Part shown: positions 60,173 through 64,000 of the stretch, piece by piece
Numbering within the stretch: the stretch's first letter is position 1
Layout: each line of letters starts with the position of its first letter
From: Nitrospirota bacterium
Lineage (GTDB): Bacteria > Nitrospirota > Nitrospiria > Nitrospirales > Nitrospiraceae
Assembly (NCBI GenBank): GCA_026387665.1
Contig: JAPLLG010000011.1
Span: 43,396-107,395 of the forward strand
Direction: 5' to 3'
DNA length: 64,000 nt
Program-made: the position numbers and the translations under genes
The notes under the pieces: generated by a model
The model's database searches: none
Seen by the model: only the letters and a program-made list of their open reading frames with translations
Told to the model about the DNA's origin: nothing

Positions 60173-60811
60173 CTATTTCTTCTGCGGAATCGCCGGCGTC
60201 GCCGGATCCACCACCGCCAGCTTGGCCTCCTGGGGGGCCGCATAGGCAACAAGGTCGAATACGGTCTGCGTGACAATCCGGCCCTTCTCAAACTTGGGGG
60301 ACCCCATCTTGAGGCCGGACACGGTCACAATCCGAGGCAACGCATTGATCCGGTCAAAAAACAAGGCGGCGGTATGGTAGCCACCGGAGACCTCGACGTT
60401 CACCGGCATGCGCACGAAGAGCTTCGAAGGATCCTCGCTCTTGGCGCTCGGCTTCCAGAGCTTAATGTCGAGACCAAGGCGGAGCCCAAAGTCCGATACC
60501 TGTTTGAGCAACATGACCGCCTCCTCTTCGGGCGGCAACCGTTCTTTCTTCTTCGCAAGCTCAATCTCCAGCTGCGTATTGGCGGCAACGAGTTCGTCAA
60601 GATGTTTGACTTTAATGGTCAACAGCTGGATCTCGCTCTCGAGCGTGCCAATCGTCCCTTGCAGCCCTGCGATCTCCGAAGATTTCGGCTCGGCCACGTA
60701 GTAGTAAAATCCCGCGAGGATCCCCCCGAGCACCATCAGCAGCAGTCCGATCTTCTGCAGCAAGGGGATGGACCGCAAGACATCAAGGTTGATAACAGGC
60801 AAATTCATCAT
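60173..60811 (-). CDS. pilO: type IV pilus assembly protein PilO
   Basis: 212 aa with one TM segment, a coiled coil, and the correct operon position. Confidence 0.8.
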   Translation of the reverse strand: MMNLPVINLDVLRSIPLLQKIGLLLMVLGGILAGFYYYVAEPKSSEIAGLQGTIGTLESEIQLLTIKVKHLDELVAANTQLEIELAKKKERLPPEEEAVMLLKQVSDFGLRLGLDIKLWKPSAKSEDPSKLFVRMPVNVEVSGGYHTAALFFDRINALPRIVTVSGLKMGSPKFEKGRIVTQTVFDLVAYAAPQEAKLAVVDPATPAIPQKK

Positions 60812-60813
60812 TC

Positions 60814-61365
60814 TTAACCTTTGAGGCGGAAGCCCAGTTTGAACTGATAGATATTCAGTTGGCTTTCCACCGCCGCGCGACTTTCATGAAGGTTGATATC
60901 GGTAAAGTAGTCGGTCTTGCGCAAGTTGTTCACGAACTCCACCACATCGTCATTGGTCGCCGCGCGCCCCTCAAGATCGATGTCGCTCCCGGTGACCGCG
61001 ATTCTCACCAGCCACACTTTGAGCGGCTCCAGGCTCTGACTGACATGGTCGAGCACCTTCACGGGACCGACGCGCGATTTTTCCAACTGGTCGATAATGC
61101 GATTTTTGTCTTCCAGGACTTTCTTCCGGCTTTCGAAGTCGGATACCCGCTTCACTTGTTCCTTCAACTGCGCAACCTGCTTCTCCTTGTCGAGCTTTTC
61201 CGTCTGCCGCGCTTCGATTTCCTCATCGAGCGATGCCGCATACCACCAGCAGCCTGCCAGCGTGATGAGCAGCAACCCCACCCCCAGCAGCGCCTGGGCC
61301 CTGACATCATACTGGGGCTTCGCCCGATGCCCCTTCGGCCCTGGCAATAAGTTAATACGAATCAT
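60814..61365 (-). CDS. pilN: type IV pilus assembly protein PilN
   Basis: MIRINLLP conserved N-terminus, one TM segment and a coiled coil. Confidence 0.85.
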   Translation of the reverse strand: MIRINLLPGPKGHRAKPQYDVRAQALLGVGLLLITLAGCWWYAASLDEEIEARQTEKLDKEKQVAQLKEQVKRVSDFESRKKVLEDKNRIIDQLEKSRVGPVKVLDHVSQSLEPLKVWLVRIAVTGSDIDLEGRAATNDDVVEFVNNLRKTDYFTDINLHESRAAVESQLNIYQFKLGFRLKG

Positions 61366-62480
61366 CGATCCCCTACCGATCTCAGGGCTAACCCAACCCC
61401 CACGGCAGCCAGCGGAGCCAACGCAGCCAAGGCTTCCTGATCAAATTCGCTCCCCGAGATGTCGATTTCTCCGAACGGATTCGCCACCTCGACGACCGCT
61501 GACATGCGATCTCTCAGCTGCGAAACGAGCCCCTTGACCTGAGCGCCGCCGCCGCACAACAGCACATGCTGCACGTCCGCATCCAAGGTGGTGGTCTTGA
61601 AATAATCGATGGTCCGCGCAATCTCCGATGCGACCTCGTCATTCACACTATCGATAACCGTCGCCACCGCGACCTGACTCGTCTCTGCCGCGTGCTCGTT
61701 TTTCTTGGCTTCCTCCGCCTCTTCATACGACAGGCCTGTTTCGCGCTGAATGGCTTCCGTATAGCGATTCCCTCCGATGGGAATATCGCGCGTAAACAAC
61801 GAGATGCCGCCTCGAACAATATTGACATTCATCACGCTGGCCCCGATGTTGACGAGCGCCGTGGTCTCGTCCTGCGAGACGGGGTAGTTGATCGCATGCA
61901 TGTTTTCAATCGCGAAGGCATCCACGTCCATCACGAGCGGAAACAGGCCCGCCCCCTTGACCAGCTCCGTCAGCTCGTTGATCTTGTCCTTCTTCGCCGC
62001 CACGAGAATGATCGACATCTCGCCAGGGACATCGCCCTCGGCCTCGGAAGCGTGCAACACACTGAAGTCGATGTTCACCTCATTAATGTCGAAGGGAATG
62101 TACTGCTCGGCGGCAAGCCTCACCTGCCCTTCCAATTCCTCATCCGGCATCAGCGGAAGGCTGATTTTCTTGATGATGACGGCATGGCCGGAGATCGACA
62201 CCGCGACTTGTTTCACCTTAACGTTCGTCTCCTCAAACAATTCCTTGATCGCCGACACCACCCGCCCTTCGTCCATCACCGTGCCATCCACGATGACTTC
62301 CGGCTCAAGCGGTTTAAATCCAAACTTCTGAAGGATGTACCGCCCTCGGCTTTCCTTCAACTGCACGAGCTTAATCCCGCTCGACCCGATGTCCAGCCCG
62401 ACAAGCTGACGCTTCGGGGTGAGCATCGAAAAGAGGTCGGTTTCGGCCAAACCTTTGAACGACGTAAAGGGACTCAACAT
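61362..62480 (-). CDS. pilM: type IV pilus assembly ATPase-like protein PilM
   Basis: Actin-like PilM sequence (GLDIGSSGIKLVQL...). ATG 62480 has a GAGG RBS, and the track start 62519 is also possible. Confidence 0.88.
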   Translation of the reverse strand: MLSPFTSFKGLAETDLFSMLTPKRQLVGLDIGSSGIKLVQLKESRGRYILQKFGFKPLEPEVIVDGTVMDEGRVVSAIKELFEETNVKVKQVAVSISGHAVIIKKISLPLMPDEELEGQVRLAAEQYIPFDINEVNIDFSVLHASEAEGDVPGEMSIILVAAKKDKINELTELVKGAGLFPLVMDVDAFAIENMHAINYPVSQDETTALVNIGASVMNVNIVRGGISLFTRDIPIGGNRYTEAIQRETGLSYEEAEEAKKNEHAAETSQVAVATVIDSVNDEVASEIARTIDYFKTTTLDADVQHVLLCGGGAQVKGLVSQLRDRMSAVVEVANPFGEIDISGSEFDQEALAALAPLAAVGVGLALRSVGDR

Positions 62481-62741
62481 TGGTGCCTCTGCATGACCAG
62501 GGCTGCCCCTGAAAAACACATCACTGCATTACGCGAAGGGGTAAGGGACCGCCTGCCGCAGGCAGCCTCTACCCGTAACGTGCGAACAGAGCTTACATAT
62601 TGGGGATTCTTCTCATACACAGGTCAAGTATAGTCCAGATGCCCCACCTGTCAAGAAAATGGACTTTACTGCATTAGACAAACGGAGAGGCTGCGCTAGA
62701 GCGTTTGGCGGAGAAATCGTGATGGTGCGATACGAGGGTTA

Positions 62742-63605
62742 CTACTTATTGATGTCGCGATGGGTGACGGTTGTTTGATAGCCGATTACCGCGAAGCTTT
62801 CTTGAAGCCGTCCGGCAATCGCCACCGACCGATGGCGGCCGCCGGTGCAACCAATCCCGACATTCACGTAGCTGCGGCGCTCTCGCTCGAAGAGGGGCAC
62901 GAGGAATTTAAAGAGGCCCTCAAGTTGCCCGATAAAGGCGACCGCGTCAGGATCGGTCAGCACATAACTCCGTACTCGGGGATCTTCCCCGGTCAATGGC
63001 TTGAGGTCTGGCACGAAGAATGGATTCTGCAAAAACCGGACATCGAACAGAAGGTCGATATCGACCGGCACGCCGAATTTGAAGCCAAACGTGACCAGCG
63101 AGATCGTCAACCGGCGAGGCGTCCCCTCCTGCCCAAACCGCTTGGCCAATAGCTCTCGCAGTTCATGCACCGTCAAATCAGAGGTATCAATAATGCGGTC
63201 GGCGTGGCGGCGCAGATCGGCAAGATGTTCCTTCTCGAAGCGCACCCCTTCCAGCATGGGGAGATGCGGCAGCAACGGATGAGGCCGCCTGGACTCCGAG
63301 AAACGCCGAACCAGCACCTCTTCGCGCGCCTCGAAAAACATCAACTCGACCGAATGGCCCAGGGCTTTGACCTGCTCAAGGATTCCCACGAGATCAGAAA
63401 AAAATACGCGCTCACGGACATCGATGCCGAGCGCGACATTCTTAATCTCGCCCCCCTGCTGATGACACAATTCGACGAACGTCGGCAGCAGCGCCGGCGG
63501 CAAATTGTCGATACAGAAGTATCCGACATCCTCGAAACATTTGAGGGCGTGCGACTTCCCTGAACCGGAAAGACCGCTGATCACGACTAGCTTGAGTCCG
63601 GCCAT
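62742..63605 (-). CDS. rapZ: RNase adapter protein RapZ
   Basis: 287 aa. VVISGLSGSGKS P-loop and conserved C-terminal GCTGGRHRSV. Confidence 0.9.
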   Translation of the reverse strand: MAGLKLVVISGLSGSGKSHALKCFEDVGYFCIDNLPPALLPTFVELCHQQGGEIKNVALGIDVRERVFFSDLVGILEQVKALGHSVELMFFEAREEVLVRRFSESRRPHPLLPHLPMLEGVRFEKEHLADLRRHADRIIDTSDLTVHELRELLAKRFGQEGTPRRLTISLVTFGFKFGVPVDIDLLFDVRFLQNPFFVPDLKPLTGEDPRVRSYVLTDPDAVAFIGQLEGLFKFLVPLFERERRSYVNVGIGCTGGRHRSVAIAGRLQESFAVIGYQTTVTHRDINK

Positions 63606-63618
63606 GCGAACCTACCCT

Positions 63619-64000
63619 TTACGACGGATCGATCAGCACCATGCGATCACGACCGATACGCTGAAGGATCTGCAACTTCCCCGATGCGCGCAGCGTAAAC
63701 ACCAGCAACGAACCAGGCAGAGGATCCAGCCGGCGCTTCGCTTCTTCAAGCGTCAACACCGTTCTCGCGGGACGAACGACCTCCAGCTCCGGTTCGATCT
63801 CTTCCTGAGGCGCAGAGGGGCGCACAGCCTTGCGCGCTAATTTCTTGACCGGCGCCTTGTGATCGGCCTGGCGCTCCTTGTACTTACGGATCTGCGCGGC
63901 CAGCCTGGTCACCAGCTGATCGATCGTTGCATACATTTCCGGCGTCGTCGCTTTCGCCTGAATCCGGCGTCCCTGCACCGTGCAGACGACCTCCGCCGTA
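63619..64000 (-). CDS. hpf: ribosome hibernation promoting factor (long HPF), partial - N-terminus beyond right edge
   Basis: The frame stays open to position 64000. It contains an HPF/S30AE core end (...ATIDQLV.RL..Q..KYKER) and a long-HPF C-terminal dimerisation domain. Confidence 0.8.
   Translation of the reverse strand, partial: TAEVVCTVQGRRIQAKATTPEMYATIDQLVTRLAAQIRKYKERQADHKAPVKKLARKAVRPSAPQEEIEPELEVVRPARTVLTLEEAKRRLDPLPGSLLVFTLRASGKLQILQRIGRDRMVLIDPS

Overview
GC-rich, gene-dense bacterial chromosomal window with no rRNA, tRNA or CRISPR that I could find. By inference it looks like a Nitrospira-type nitrite oxidiser: a signal-peptide chlorite dismutase sits inside a purine operon, and cyanase, ferredoxin-nitrite reductase and twin Amt transporters are present. 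Layout: (1) 0-5.4 kb, small minus-strand operon (methyltransferase, TPR, MBL-fold, redoxin). (2) 5.6-16.4 kb, purF-purL-purQ-purS-purC-cld-purB-nusB-ribH-ribBA, all minus. (3) NarK-like MFS, then rpoH-groES-groEL. (4) 21-27 kb, a signalling cluster: GAF, TPR outer-membrane barrel, FecR-like, CHASE2-cyclase-PilZ. (5) Two divergent single-domain GlnE-like nucleotidyltransferases. (6) 31.5-35.7 kb, a lower-GC insertion with Fic, a duplicated glnE-like 3' end, a PD-(D/E)xK-like 516-aa protein, rnhA and hicBA. (7) 36-51.8 kb, a nitrogen-assimilation supercluster: nirA, FNT channel, cynS, NrtABC-like transporter, glnA, glnD, PII, two amt, porin. (8) nadE, a GAF-GAF-ANTAR regulator, aroB, pilMNOPQ, rapZ and partial hpf. 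The main find is three minus-sense leader RNAs that share one architecture. Each has two AAYGGC hexaloop hairpins, and the second overlaps an intrinsic terminator. This matches the signature of ANTAR protein targets. The leaders sit in front of the three transcription units of the nitrogen supercluster, and a GAF-GAF-ANTAR protein is encoded 3 kb away. Second, a ~125-bp imperfect-palindrome repeat family occurs as 4 full copies plus 1 half copy with compensatory arm changes, alongside other long strand-specific hairpins. Third, a Fic gene appears inserted at the 3' end of a glnE-like gene, with a 189-bp diverged duplication of that gene end.
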